Notes under the pieces: generated by a model
Databases searched by the model: none
What the model saw: the letters and a program-made list of their open reading frames with translations, nothing else
Told to the model about the DNA's origin: nothing
In this document: positions 10,685 through 20,707 of the stretch, piece after piece
Numbering within the stretch: position 1 is the stretch's first letter
How the letters are laid out: the number at the start of each line of letters is the position of its first letter
Assembly: GCA_015660995.1 (NCBI GenBank)
Contig: JACTUC010000008.1
Span: forward strand, 10,645-74,644
Direction: 5' to 3'
DNA length: 64,000 bases
DNA from: Candidatus Methanomethylicaceae archaeon
GTDB lineage: Archaea; Thermoproteota; Methanomethylicia; Methanomethylicales; Methanomethylicaceae
Made by a program: the position numbers and the translations under genes

Positions 10685-12499
10685 ATGCACTATAAGATTT
10701 TAATAGGCTTATTATGCTGTATTTTAGCTGTATCTGTCTTCGGTGGCATCGTAGCAGCCAGCGATTGGTCCCAATTCCACTATGATGCAAGCCATACGGG
10801 CTATACAACCGATGCTGGCCCCCTTACAAATAATGTTTTCTGGAGCTATAACACCGGCCTTGCAGTGACATCCTCTATCGCCGAATCTGGTGGCTACGTC
10901 TACGCCCCCTCAGGTTCTACTCTCTACTGCTTCACCGCCTCGAGCGGCGCCCAAGTATGGAACTATACTGCCGGTGGTTTGGTTTGGGGCCCAGCCATTT
11001 CCAACGGCTACGTCTACATCGGCTCTGATGACTACCATATCTACTGCCTCAATGCCTCGACCGGTACCCAGGTATGGAACTACACTACTGCCGGTACCGA
11101 TTACACCACAACCGTCTCCGGTAGCTACGTCTACGCAGGCTCTGGTCACTACGTCTACTGCCTCAATGCCTTGACCGGCGCCCAGGTATGGAATTACACA
11201 ACCGGCGGTGGTGCGTATGTTCCCTCCGTCTCCGGTAGCTACGTCTATGTAGGCTCCGATGACGGCAAAGTCTACTGCCTCAATGCCCAGACCGGTGCCT
11301 ATGTATGGAACTACACTACAGGAAATAGTATATACTCCACACCCGCCGTCTCTGGTGGCTACGTCTACGTCGGCTCCGACGATAAAAACGTCTACTGCCT
11401 CAATGCCCAGACCGGTGAAAAAGTATGGAACTACACTACCGGCAGCATTGTATTCTCCGGCCCCGCCGTCGCCAACGGCTACGTCTACGTCGGCTCTAAC
11501 AGTGGTAAATTCTACTGCCTAAATGCCCAGAACGGCGACTTGGTATGGAACTGCACTACCGGCATTGGCTCATTGACACCAGCTATATTATGCTCCCCCG
11601 CTGTCTCTGGCAACAGCTACGTCTACATCGGCTCTGATGACTACAGCATCTACTGCCTCAATGCCAATACGGGCGCCTTGGTATGGAACTACGCTACCGG
11701 CAGCTATGTGACATCCGGCCCCTCTATCGTCAACGGCTTCCTCTACATCGGTTCCAATGACGGTACGGTCCTTGCCTTCGGGACTCTGCAGAACGCAGTG
11801 CTCAGCATACAGTATTCTGCGCCGAGCGTCACCGTTGGGAACAGTCTTACGGTTTCAGGCTCACTGGCCCCGACTAGCACTGGGACTGCAACCATCTGGG
11901 AGTCCATAAATGGCTCGGCTTTTACCATGCTCAATGAAGCTACCCTGACCAATGGCGGATATTCCTACGCATTCAACCCTTCAGCTGTCGGTTCCTACCA
12001 ATTCTACGCATCCTGGCCAGGCAACTTCCCGTACAACCCTGCCAATTCATCCACCATTACTGTCTCGGTTACAGCTGTTCCATTGACAACCCCAACCCTA
12101 ACCTTGCAAACTTCGGCTTCGAGCATAACCCCTGGACAGTCGGTAACGCTGTCAGGATCACTTAGTCCATCCGCATCGGGAACCGTCGCTCTCTCAGAGT
12201 CGGTTAATGGCTCCGCCTTCCAGCAGATTGCTGCCGCTGTTACCCTTACTAACGGTGCCTATTCCTACCCGTTTGTAATCTCGGGGGCAGGCACCTACAA
12301 GTTCGAAGTGTCATTTCCAGGCAACAGCCAGCTCAACCCAGCCCAGTCTTCCACAGTCACGGTCACCTCAACGCCAGCTACTCCCAGCAGTGGTACAGAT
12401 TATACTATGTACATAATTATCATAGTGGTTGTCGTAATCATCATAGCTGTTCTCTACTACCTGCTAGCAATGAGGCCTAAGAACAAACCAACAAAATGA
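10685..12499 (+). CDS. Surface PQQ-type beta-propeller with two Ig-like domains and C-terminal anchor
   Basis: Same repeats; duplicated ~95-aa Ig-like unit; TM helix plus basic tail. Confidence 0.85.
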   Translation: MHYKILIGLLCCILAVSVFGGIVAASDWSQFHYDASHTGYTTDAGPLTNNVFWSYNTGLAVTSSIAESGGYVYAPSGSTLYCFTASSGAQVWNYTAGGLVWGPAISNGYVYIGSDDYHIYCLNASTGTQVWNYTTAGTDYTTTVSGSYVYAGSGHYVYCLNALTGAQVWNYTTGGGAYVPSVSGSYVYVGSDDGKVYCLNAQTGAYVWNYTTGNSIYSTPAVSGGYVYVGSDDKNVYCLNAQTGEKVWNYTTGSIVFSGPAVANGYVYVGSNSGKFYCLNAQNGDLVWNCTTGIGSLTPAILCSPAVSGNSYVYIGSDDYSIYCLNANTGALVWNYATGSYVTSGPSIVNGFLYIGSNDGTVLAFGTLQNAVLSIQYSAPSVTVGNSLTVSGSLAPTSTGTATIWESINGSAFTMLNEATLTNGGYSYAFNPSAVGSYQFYASWPGNFPYNPANSSTITVSVTAVPLTTPTLTLQTSASSITPGQSVTLSGSLSPSASGTVALSESVNGSAFQQIAAAVTLTNGAYSYPFVISGAGTYKFEVSFPGNSQLNPAQSSTVTVTSTPATPSSGTDYTMYIIIIVVVVIIIAVLYYLLAMRPKNKPTK

Positions 12500-12502
12500 G
12501 AC

Positions 12503-12530
12503 GGGGAATTTCCCCTTTTTTCCTTTTTTT
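12503..12530 (+). terminator. GGGGAA/TTCCCC inverted repeat followed by T tracts
   Basis: ggggaatttccccttttttccttttttt immediately after the stop codon. Confidence 0.55.
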
Positions 12531-12614
12531 AATAAAAAAAATAGGAAGAGTAGTCTCAAGCACCGGCGAAACAGACTTTTCGAAGCATTTACCGAAGCTC
12601 TTCACATCAACCAA

Positions 12615-13352
12615 ATGTTTATTAAACGCGCAAAAATAGTTCGTTCTATGAAAAGAACGCGCCTGGCCTTGATCGCTGTTTCCATAATAATCCTTGTCTC
12701 GGTAGGCACTGTCTGGGTCTTGTACTTCTCGCCTGGCACAATAAAAATCAATTCCATCCTGCCCCTCTCCAATGACAGCAGCCTCACGGTTACTCTGCTC
12801 TCGGCCCCCGAGATGTCCCTTAATCCCAGCGAGACCTTCAATGTAGTACTCAATCTTTCGTCCATTGGCAATGCCAAGATAGAAACAATAAACACCCCAT
12901 CGCCAGGCTTCACCATAACTTCAATAAATTCATCAATGCCATTAAGCGTAAATGCAAACACGCCTGTGCTGGTGACCATCAAAGCACCAAACTATGCCTA
13001 TCAGGGGATGCTTGTTCTGAATATGAATGTGAGCGTTAAATTTGAAAGCTTCATCGTCCGGTACTTCATGACCGATTGGAAGAAGAGCATCTATAATTTC
13101 AGCATATTCAACGACGGATATGCCCCAGTCCAGCTGGTGAAAATGTATCTCGTCCGGTCCGACGGGATTGTGGTGAACTCCACGGACCTATCTTTGCCAT
13201 CCGTTTCGCCTGGCCAGGTGGGAAGCTTCAACTGTAGCATATCCTATGACCTGGCAACAGCAACCGAACTTTACCACATAAAATTGGTAAGCGCAGATGG
13301 CATTGTTGGCGTATCCCTTGACGCGCCCATAACCTGCAATTGTACCCATTGA
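12615..13352 (+). CDS. Membrane-anchored secreted beta-sandwich protein
   Basis: N-terminal TM, many NxS/T sequons, ends CNCTH; start may be 12648. Confidence 0.65.
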   Translation: MFIKRAKIVRSMKRTRLALIAVSIIILVSVGTVWVLYFSPGTIKINSILPLSNDSSLTVTLLSAPEMSLNPSETFNVVLNLSSIGNAKIETINTPSPGFTITSINSSMPLSVNANTPVLVTIKAPNYAYQGMLVLNMNVSVKFESFIVRYFMTDWKKSIYNFSIFNDGYAPVQLVKMYLVRSDGIVVNSTDLSLPSVSPGQVGSFNCSISYDLATATELYHIKLVSADGIVGVSLDAPITCNCTH

Positions 13353-13367
13353 TTCTGTAGGCTCTAA

Positions 13368-14408
13368 TTACAGTAGCAGCAGCCAGATGCCCATTATCAA
13401 CATCAGGACAGCTGAGACTATGCGTATGTACTGCTTCGGAATATTTGGGGATTTGGCGAACCGATAGACCAGTAGCACCACCACCAAAGGAAGCACGAAT
13501 ATGAGATTATAGAGGAGCAGATAACCCAGGATCCCTAGTCCAGTTATTCCGTACTGGGTCAGTAGGGTCAGGGCAAGGAAGTAGGGCCCGCCCGTGCAGG
13601 GGAGCTCGATAGCCGAGATCCCCACACCGACTAGGAATGCAAAATAGGGGGAAGTGGCTGTGTCTATGAGCCTCTTTATGGTTGGCTTGCTCCGGTCAGG
13701 CAGCTTGATGAAAAGGGAAACGAAAGCCAAGCCAATAGCTAGGACCCCAACTACCTTGGTGGTATAGGTCGGCAGGTTAAACTGCTGAAGTATGGTGAAG
13801 AGGCCAAAGCCGATGGCAAGGTAAGAGAGAAAGTTGCCCAAGATGTAGGCGAAACCGGTTTTCCAGACCGACCTCGATGCTGCGGAAAGAGCGACCAATA
13901 ACACTATGAGCACCGTGATCGCGCAGGGGTTGAGCGAGTCCGCAAAGGCCATCCCGAATATTATCCCGAGGGGCGGCGGGCCGACGGGTTTTGAGGGTGT
14001 GCCGTTGCAGGTTGGGCATTGAACTCCAGTGTCATTCAGAAGCAGGGGGGTTAGTTCGCTCTCGATCTGGTCGACACCCACCAAGGTCTGGGTTCCGATA
14101 AAGACCACCGGCCAGTTAGGGCTGGTAATGTTGTGGCAGTTGTAGTACTGAACCATCAGATCGTAGTTCGAGGAGTTGGTGATCTCGAAATCAGTTACGG
14201 TCAAGTTGGGGAATTGTTGCTCCACCTGGAGCATATAGGTTTTAGCCTCTTCGCAGGCGCTGCATCCATTAGCATAGAAGAAGTATATGCACTGCGGCGT
14301 AGTTGTTTGGTTCGCCTGAGGCGCTGCCATGGTAGGGTGTGTAAATACCGCTGACGCCATCAGAATCAGCAACAATATCAGGAGAAGCTTTTTGTGATCC
14401 GCAGCCAC
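13368..14408 (-). CDS. Thioredoxin-fold plus CcdA/DsbD-like membrane protein
   Basis: CSAC motif, DSLNPCAI, ELPCTGGPY. Confidence 0.8.
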   Translation of the reverse strand: MAADHKKLLLILLLILMASAVFTHPTMAAPQANQTTTPQCIYFFYANGCSACEEAKTYMLQVEQQFPNLTVTDFEITNSSNYDLMVQYYNCHNITSPNWPVVFIGTQTLVGVDQIESELTPLLLNDTGVQCPTCNGTPSKPVGPPPLGIIFGMAFADSLNPCAITVLIVLLVALSAASRSVWKTGFAYILGNFLSYLAIGFGLFTILQQFNLPTYTTKVVGVLAIGLAFVSLFIKLPDRSKPTIKRLIDTATSPYFAFLVGVGISAIELPCTGGPYFLALTLLTQYGITGLGILGYLLLYNLIFVLPLVVVLLVYRFAKSPNIPKQYIRIVSAVLMLIMGIWLLLL

Positions 14409-14508
14409 GAAAAAACCTGCCTCTATTCTTATTATACTCCTCCATTCTGGTCCTCATTTAATAAAGATTTTCAGGATGGTAACTAGCGGCTACGGCTGAC
14501 TCTTACGG

Positions 14509-16143
14509 TCATAAGAACTGGGTCAGTGTCTTCTGGTTCTTCGGGATCGCCTCGGGGAGCTTCTCCTCTGCCAGCTGCTGGGTGAACCCATAGACCTTCT
14601 CCACCTTCGACTTCACCCGGAGCAGCTTGTTCTGCTCATGGGTCTTCCTCGTGATTAGGGCGTAGGTCTTTGCTACTTTCTTCCCTTCCGACTGGCGGAG
14701 TATCCTTCCGAACCTCTGGATCCACTTCTTGGGGTTGCTGGGGGGGTCGATCCAGATCTCAATGTCTGCGCTCGGTATGTCCAGCCCTTCCTCCCCTATG
14801 CTGGTGCAGACCAGTATCGACGCCTTTTCCCTGAACTGCAGCAGCGCCGATGCCTGCTGCTCCATGGCCATCCCACCCTTGCCAACTAGGACTGCCACAT
14901 CATCCATTCCCCTTTTTCCATGGAGTACGCCACCCAGCTGCTTGGCCGCCTCTACAGACTCTACGAATACTATGGCTTTCTTGAATCTCTCCCCTTCTAG
15001 GATCTTCAGGGCGGCTGTGAGCTTGTGGTTGAAGCTGATCTTGGTGGCCTCCCTGTAGAACTCATGGATCGTCTTGCCATCAAGCTCCTTCAGCGGCCTA
15101 TTCAGCTCGCTGAGCTTCCAGCTTCCGTACCTCAGCACACTGCTGGCGCCGTCCTCAACGAGTCTCGATCTCATCATCCTTAGCGATATGAGTAGGATGC
15201 AGAGGGGGTGCCTGTTGCAGAAGCCCCTGGCGTGCTGGGGTCCGTAACGCCCCTTTGCCTTGGCCTCGTAGGTCTTCACTACGTTGCTCAGCTGGTAGTA
15301 GACCGAGAGGAGCTTTGGGGGTGGGTCCAGCGCGATCATTCCTATGACCCTCTCTGGCATGTGCGCCTTGATCTCAGGCTCCTCCATGGAGAAGCTCTCC
15401 ACCTTCTCGAAGATCTTCTTCAGCTCCTTCAGCCTCTGGGGGGCATGGAGCTGGGGTGTGGCGCTGAGGGCCAGGATCTTGGCTCCGGCAGCCTTGGCAG
15501 CTAGCAGTATCGAGTATCCATCGGTCTCCCCTATGTAGCCATGGCACTCGTCGGCGACCACAAGGTCGTAGGGAAACTTGAAACCTTTCGCCTTAAGTCT
15601 CCTAGCCAGGTCTTCTACGGGGTCATCATGCCTCTTAGCAGCGCCTATCTCTGTTGAGAACTGCGCGAGGACATCGTTGTAGAAGGTCTGGGGGGTTGTC
15701 ACCGCGAAACCAGCATTCCAGACCCGCAGCGCCTTCCGCTTCTCCGGGTGCAGGTTGCCCGATATGAAATAGGCCTCACTGAGGCCAAGCATTTTACGCG
15801 CGAAGAGGGTCTGCTGGATGCCGAGCGGAACCGATGGGGTGAGGAAGAGCACCCTACAGGCGCAGCCTCTGAGGACCGACTCCCGGGCTATGAAAGCCCC
15901 TGCTATGTAGGTCTTGCCCAACCCTGTCGGGAGTCCAATGACAAGCGTGTCTCCACCGATCTTCTCCAGAATCTTTTGCTGGAAAGGGAAGAGCGTATAA
16001 CCAAGGTTTTCTACTTTTGCCGATTGGGGGTTCTGCAGCATGCTGTCGGGGGCAAGATTCGAAGTGAGCATTTGCAGCGAGTATGGGCTCTTATCAAGAA
16101 ATTCTAGATACTCCTTCCATGAACCTTTTGGCACCGCATGCAT
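14509..16143 (-). CDS. SF2 helicase, Hef/FANCM-like, without nuclease domain
   Basis: LPTGLGKT, DECH, SAT, GEEGLDIP, QRFGR. Confidence 0.8.
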   Translation of the reverse strand: MHAVPKGSWKEYLEFLDKSPYSLQMLTSNLAPDSMLQNPQSAKVENLGYTLFPFQQKILEKIGGDTLVIGLPTGLGKTYIAGAFIARESVLRGCACRVLFLTPSVPLGIQQTLFARKMLGLSEAYFISGNLHPEKRKALRVWNAGFAVTTPQTFYNDVLAQFSTEIGAAKRHDDPVEDLARRLKAKGFKFPYDLVVADECHGYIGETDGYSILLAAKAAGAKILALSATPQLHAPQRLKELKKIFEKVESFSMEEPEIKAHMPERVIGMIALDPPPKLLSVYYQLSNVVKTYEAKAKGRYGPQHARGFCNRHPLCILLISLRMMRSRLVEDGASSVLRYGSWKLSELNRPLKELDGKTIHEFYREATKISFNHKLTAALKILEGERFKKAIVFVESVEAAKQLGGVLHGKRGMDDVAVLVGKGGMAMEQQASALLQFREKASILVCTSIGEEGLDIPSADIEIWIDPPSNPKKWIQRFGRILRQSEGKKVAKTYALITRKTHEQNKLLRVKSKVEKVYGFTQQLAEEKLPEAIPKNQKTLTQFL

Positions 16144-16275
16144 CTGTGAACTTTACTCCTGCCTCTCTCGAACTCTATAGTATCTCCCACTTCCAGTTCC
16201 TATAAGTATAATGATCATGCCGTCCAAGGGATTATTTTATATATTCGCGCCTTAACGGAGATTTGGCGCTCAGAG

Positions 16276-17409
16276 ATGGACTCACGATACTATGCGAGCC
16301 TGCTCATACACATGATGAACGATGGCACAGTCTTTCTCCTGCCCTCTGTACTACCTCTCATCGTTCTTCAGTATGGCTTCTCCTATGCTACTGCAGGCTA
16401 CATCAGTGCCATAATCCCCCTCTGCTTGGGGGTCTTCCAGACGCCCATCGGGAGGATCTCGGATCGCTTTTCCAATGCATTCCTCCTCCGAATTGGCATC
16501 CTTATTGTTTCCGCAGGGGCGCTGCTAGGAGGTCTAGTTCCGCAACTGCTCATACCTTCACTCTTCCTAATTGGCACAGGCGGTAGTTTCTACCATCCTG
16601 TGGGCTATGCCTTCACCGCAAAAATCATCAAAAACAGCAGCAGCGGAACCGTGCTTGGCATCCAGAGCAGCTCGGGTGATATAGGTACCCTTATCGCCTT
16701 CCTGACTGCCGGTCCCATTGCGATCTTTGCTGGCTGGCGAGCAGTATTTGTGGCTTGGGGCATTGCCTGCGCTGTGGCTTTAGCGATCTCCTCATTTGTC
16801 CTTAGAGGCGAGAGAAGCTCTGGTGAAACTTCGAAACCAACGAGCCTGTCGATGCTCAGAAAAAGGGAAGCAGTCCTCATAATGATCCTCTTCGCTTTGC
16901 TCGGGGCTGTGTACAGGATCCTGTCGACTTTCATTCCGTCAATCTTCTTCCTGCAGGGGGCAAGCATCACCACAGCCGATTATATTTCGGCCATCTTCAT
17001 TGGCGCTGGAATAGTTGGCGGCATAGTTGGCGGTAGGCTTGTCGATAGGTTTGAGGGGCGCACAGTGGCTGCCTCTCTCTTCGCAATTTCTACTGCTGCC
17101 TTGTTTGCGTTATACTTGTTGCCGTCAATTTTCATAAGCGCATTCTTGATCGCAATTTTCGGCATGGTCATCTGTGGGTTGTATCCGGCCTTCTACTTCC
17201 TAATGCGTTTGGTGACTTCCGTCAAGATAGTCGGTACATCCTACGGCCTTCTCCTATCCTTGGGTATGCTCAGTGGCATAGTCAGTGTTACCGCTGGAGG
17301 ATACATCATGGACATCTCACCACCGATGATATTCATCTTTGCTGGCAGCCTCACGGCACTGGGTGTTCTCATCTCCCTGATAATGCCCAAAATGAATGGT
17401 AAAAAGTGA
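16276..17409 (+). CDS. MFS transporter
   Basis: Multi-pass hydrophobic protein; GRISDRF and GRLVDRF motifs. Confidence 0.88.
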   Translation: MDSRYYASLLIHMMNDGTVFLLPSVLPLIVLQYGFSYATAGYISAIIPLCLGVFQTPIGRISDRFSNAFLLRIGILIVSAGALLGGLVPQLLIPSLFLIGTGGSFYHPVGYAFTAKIIKNSSSGTVLGIQSSSGDIGTLIAFLTAGPIAIFAGWRAVFVAWGIACAVALAISSFVLRGERSSGETSKPTSLSMLRKREAVLIMILFALLGAVYRILSTFIPSIFFLQGASITTADYISAIFIGAGIVGGIVGGRLVDRFEGRTVAASLFAISTAALFALYLLPSIFISAFLIAIFGMVICGLYPAFYFLMRLVTSVKIVGTSYGLLLSLGMLSGIVSVTAGGYIMDISPPMIFIFAGSLTALGVLISLIMPKMNGKK

Positions 17410-17462
17410 TATTGCTCTACCCGAAAACTTTAATTGCTTTTTCCTGTTTCGAGATATGAAGG

Positions 17463-17557
17463 GCTCCGGTAGTATAGTCCGGTCAAGTATACTGGCCTCT
17501 CGAGCATCAAAGCAGAGAAAGTCAGTGACACGGGTTCGAATCCCGTCCGGAGCACCA
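17463..17557 (+). tRNA. tRNA-Glu(CTC) with 17-nt intron at 37/38 (17503-17519); CCA encoded
   Basis: GCTCCGG/CCGGAGC acceptor; BHB central helix CTCT/AGAG; TTCGAAT loop. Confidence 0.92.
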
Positions 17558-17729
17558 TTGAAACTTTTTTGCAGTGAGCAGTAAATGGCATATATGACTG
17601 TTTGATGCGATCAAACCCATATTTTTTCAGCTAACTCATAGTCTCGCTCCTCATGGGTAGCGAGGCCTGACAAAGTGATCACGTTCGGACACAAACATTT
17701 TTATCCAAAGCTGATCCTCTTCGCTCTCT

Positions 17730-18698
17730 ATGGCGAACCTAAACGTCGTTGTGCTCGGGGAGCTGGGTTACTCGGAGAACCTCGGAAAGAAAGGTACCTC
17801 CACCGACATCACCTTCTACAACCTGAAAAAAGGTGACGTTACGGTCACGTTCATAGAACCCTCGAAGTATCCCGAGCGGCTCGCACCGCTCTTCTACGCA
17901 GTTTCAACGGCACGAAAAGCGATCCTAGTCGTAAGCGACATCACCCCCGCTTTTGGCGAAATTGTGGTCATGCTACACTCTGCTGGTCTGGAAAGCGGGT
18001 TCATAGTTCTGAAAAACTTCTTACCAAAGGAACGTATGATCCCACTCATCAAAGGAACCGCTGTCGAGAAGTACGAGTTCATTGAAGATGATAAAAACGA
18101 CCTTAGGGAGAGACTCCTCGGTGAAGCAGAACGCCTGGGGTCGGAGGCACCTTCCCAAGCCCAGTCCCAGGGAACTGTTCTGATAGACCACTACTTCAAC
18201 GTGAAGGGAGTGGGCACAGTTGCCCTCGGGTGCGTGAGCAGCGGGACCATCCATGTGCACGAGAGCCTCAGCGTGCTTCCGGGGGAGAAGTCAGCTTTCA
18301 TTCGCTCAATACAGAAGCACGATGATGACTTCGACTGGGCAACTCAAGGCGACCGCGTTGGCTTGGCCATCAAAGATGTAGCAGTTGAAGACCTGGAGAG
18401 GGGCACAGTCCTGACAAGCGAGAGCTCCATCAAGTCCGCACTGATAGTGAATGGAGATGCTGAGCTTGTGAAATACTGGGCCAGTCCTTTGAAGATTGGC
18501 ATGGTCCTTCACCTGGGTCACTGGATGCAGTTCCTTCCCGCCCGCGTCGAGTCAATCCAGGATGCCGGGGACTGGCGGAGGGTCTCCCTCTCCCTTAAGC
18601 TCGAGAAGCCACTCGCATACTTGCCGGGCGACCACGCAGTGTTGGCATACCTCGAAGGAGGCAAACTAAGGGTAGCGGGCGCGGTAAAGTTGAACTGA
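17730..18698 (+). CDS. Archaeal SelB-like (EF-Tu domain II) protein with degenerate G domain
   Basis: IDHYFNVKGVGTVALG, IRSIQKHD, GDRVGLA. Confidence 0.82.
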   Translation: MANLNVVVLGELGYSENLGKKGTSTDITFYNLKKGDVTVTFIEPSKYPERLAPLFYAVSTARKAILVVSDITPAFGEIVVMLHSAGLESGFIVLKNFLPKERMIPLIKGTAVEKYEFIEDDKNDLRERLLGEAERLGSEAPSQAQSQGTVLIDHYFNVKGVGTVALGCVSSGTIHVHESLSVLPGEKSAFIRSIQKHDDDFDWATQGDRVGLAIKDVAVEDLERGTVLTSESSIKSALIVNGDAELVKYWASPLKIGMVLHLGHWMQFLPARVESIQDAGDWRRVSLSLKLEKPLAYLPGDHAVLAYLEGGKLRVAGAVKLN

Positions 18699-18769
18699 GC
18701 TTAGAAGCGCCACACTAGCCACATCAAAGAGCCAACACTTTTTAGCACCCTTTCTCAATATTACCATCA

Positions 18770-19780
18770 GTGGTTCTAATGGATGCTCAAGAGTCTGCAA
18801 AGAATGCACTGAAGTACGTCCTCGACGCGATCCCGAACGAGCGGATCGCCATCATCTGTGACGAGGAGTGCCTTCCTGTGGGGGATGCCTTCGCCAAGGG
18901 CGCCATGGAGCTAGGCCTATGGGTCAAGTCCCTAGCGCTGAGCGGGGGAACGGATGTACGAAAAGACATTCCGAGAGAGATCTCCGATATCGTCGCCAGC
19001 CGATCCTCAGATCTTTACATTACAATCTTCAGGGATAGCGAGAAGGAGACCCCATTCCGTGTCAAGATCATCGACCTAATCCACCGCTACCGTAAGTATA
19101 GACTAGGGCACTGCCCCGGGATCACACTGGATATGCTTACTGAGGGCGCCTTGGCGCTGTCTTCCCAGGACCACTTGGAGCTGCAGGATACTGCCAGGAA
19201 CCTCATGTCCAAGCTCAGCGGCACTAAAGAAGTCCGCGTAATGAGCCCCCGTGGGACTGACATCTCCTTCAGCGTGGCGGGAAGGGACTTCTTCACCGAT
19301 ACCAAGTTCGACTGGAAGATGTACAAATGGGGGAACCTACCCACGGGCGAGGTAATAGTAGGTCCAGTGGAGAATTCGCTCAATGGAACACTCGTCTGCG
19401 ATCTAGCCGTAGGCGGGATCGGTCCCATCTCTTCGCCAATAACAATAACAGCCAAGGATGGAAGAGCTGTCAAGTTCGAGTCGTCGGACCAAAGCGTGCT
19501 TGGCAGGGTTGAGGGGGCGCTCTCGATCGACGAAATGGCGCGCCATGTTGGTGAGTTCGCCTTCGGCCTAAACAAGAAGGCAAGGCTGTCCGCAAACTTC
19601 TTGGAGGCAGAGAAAGTAGGCAATACAATTCACATAGCATTCGGGCACAACCTCGACTTCCCGGGAGGCATGAACAACTCCGCCACCCACATGGACTTCC
19701 TAGTCTCCAAGCCCACCGTCGAGGTCACCAATGAGATGGGCAGTCGCTTCATATTGATGAAGAACGGCAGCCTCATCTGA
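18770..19780 (+). CDS. M29 family aminopeptidase
   Basis: NLPTGEV, GEFAFGLN, EKV..TIHIAFG, HMDF. Confidence 0.85.
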   Translation: MVLMDAQESAKNALKYVLDAIPNERIAIICDEECLPVGDAFAKGAMELGLWVKSLALSGGTDVRKDIPREISDIVASRSSDLYITIFRDSEKETPFRVKIIDLIHRYRKYRLGHCPGITLDMLTEGALALSSQDHLELQDTARNLMSKLSGTKEVRVMSPRGTDISFSVAGRDFFTDTKFDWKMYKWGNLPTGEVIVGPVENSLNGTLVCDLAVGGIGPISSPITITAKDGRAVKFESSDQSVLGRVEGALSIDEMARHVGEFAFGLNKKARLSANFLEAEKVGNTIHIAFGHNLDFPGGMNNSATHMDFLVSKPTVEVTNEMGSRFILMKNGSLI

Positions 19781-19792
19781 GCATGGGCATGC

Positions 19793-20707
19793 CTAACCAG
19801 TGGGTGCCGTTCCTGACTCGACCAATTTTTTATTGAAGCGGTCCCACTGGGTGTCGACATCCTCCTGGAGAGCCTTGGTCTCCTCTTCGGAGAGCCTGCT
19901 GAACCTCCCCTGTGCTGTCAGATACTCTTTGAGAGGCTTCCTGCTGCTCTTCTTAGTCATCCCCTTCGAGAGCCCCGTCAGCGTATACTTGCCCTCAGAC
20001 CACTCGTAAAGGATCCACGCTCCGGTGCTGACTGCCAGTTTGCCTATCTCAACGGTCTTCTCCGCCGGGAACCTCCACCCGGGCGGGCAAGGCGACAGAA
20101 GGTGAATGTATTTCAGCCCTTTCATGCTAAGGGCTTTCCTTATCTTCTCGGCGAAGTCGAGGGGGTATGCAGCACAGGCAGTTGCGACATAGGGTATCTC
20201 ATGTGCAATCATTATCTCGGGGACGTTCTTCTTCTTCTCTTTCTTTCCAGTCACGGTGGTCGTGGTCACCGCTCCCCTTGGCGTTGCGCTGCTTCCTTGG
20301 GTCCCTGTGTTCATGTAAGCTTCGTTGTCGTAGCAGATGTAGATGAAGTTCTCATTCCGCTCTGCTGCGCCGCTAAGCGCCTGAATGCCGATGTCGGCTG
20401 TTCCTCCGTCGCCTGCCCATCCAAGAACGTTGATCCCCTCTCGCCCTTTGATCTCGAGTGCAGCAAGGATCCCGCTTGCTGAGGCTGCTGTCGCAGCGAA
20501 TGCGGTGTTTAGGAAAGGCACCCTCGCCGGGCTCTTTGGGTAATAGCCCTGGATTACGGAGCTGCAGCATGCAGGGATTGTTACAATGGTTCTCGGCCCA
20601 AGTACCTTGAGTGCTATCCTGAGAGAGGCCACCGATGCGCATCCGGGGCATGCAGCATTTCCTGGCAGCATGTATTCCTCAGCGGAAAGGTTCTTCAGTG
20701 TGATCAA
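19793..20707 (-). CDS. porB: 2-oxoacid (pyruvate-type):ferredoxin oxidoreductase beta subunit
   Basis: ACPGC, GDGG...DNEAYMNTG TPP-binding motif, SPCPPGW. Confidence 0.88.
   Translation of the reverse strand: MITLKNLSAEEYMLPGNAACPGCASVASLRIALKVLGPRTIVTIPACCSSVIQGYYPKSPARVPFLNTAFAATAASASGILAALEIKGREGINVLGWAGDGGTADIGIQALSGAAERNENFIYICYDNEAYMNTGTQGSSATPRGAVTTTTVTGKKEKKKNVPEIMIAHEIPYVATACAAYPLDFAEKIRKALSMKGLKYIHLLSPCPPGWRFPAEKTVEIGKLAVSTGAWILYEWSEGKYTLTGLSKGMTKKSSRKPLKEYLTAQGRFSRLSEEETKALQEDVDTQWDRFNKKLVESGTAPTG

Noticed and set aside
8544..12499. Diversity-generating retroelement in the PQQ repeats
   Set aside because: No reverse transcriptase in the window; repeats are in-frame propeller blades and I saw no adenine-specific template/variable pair
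8393..14500. tRNA-Ala-integrated element
   Set aside because: No integrase and no duplicated tRNA 3' end seen; the T-arm match to tRNA-Glu is ordinary homology
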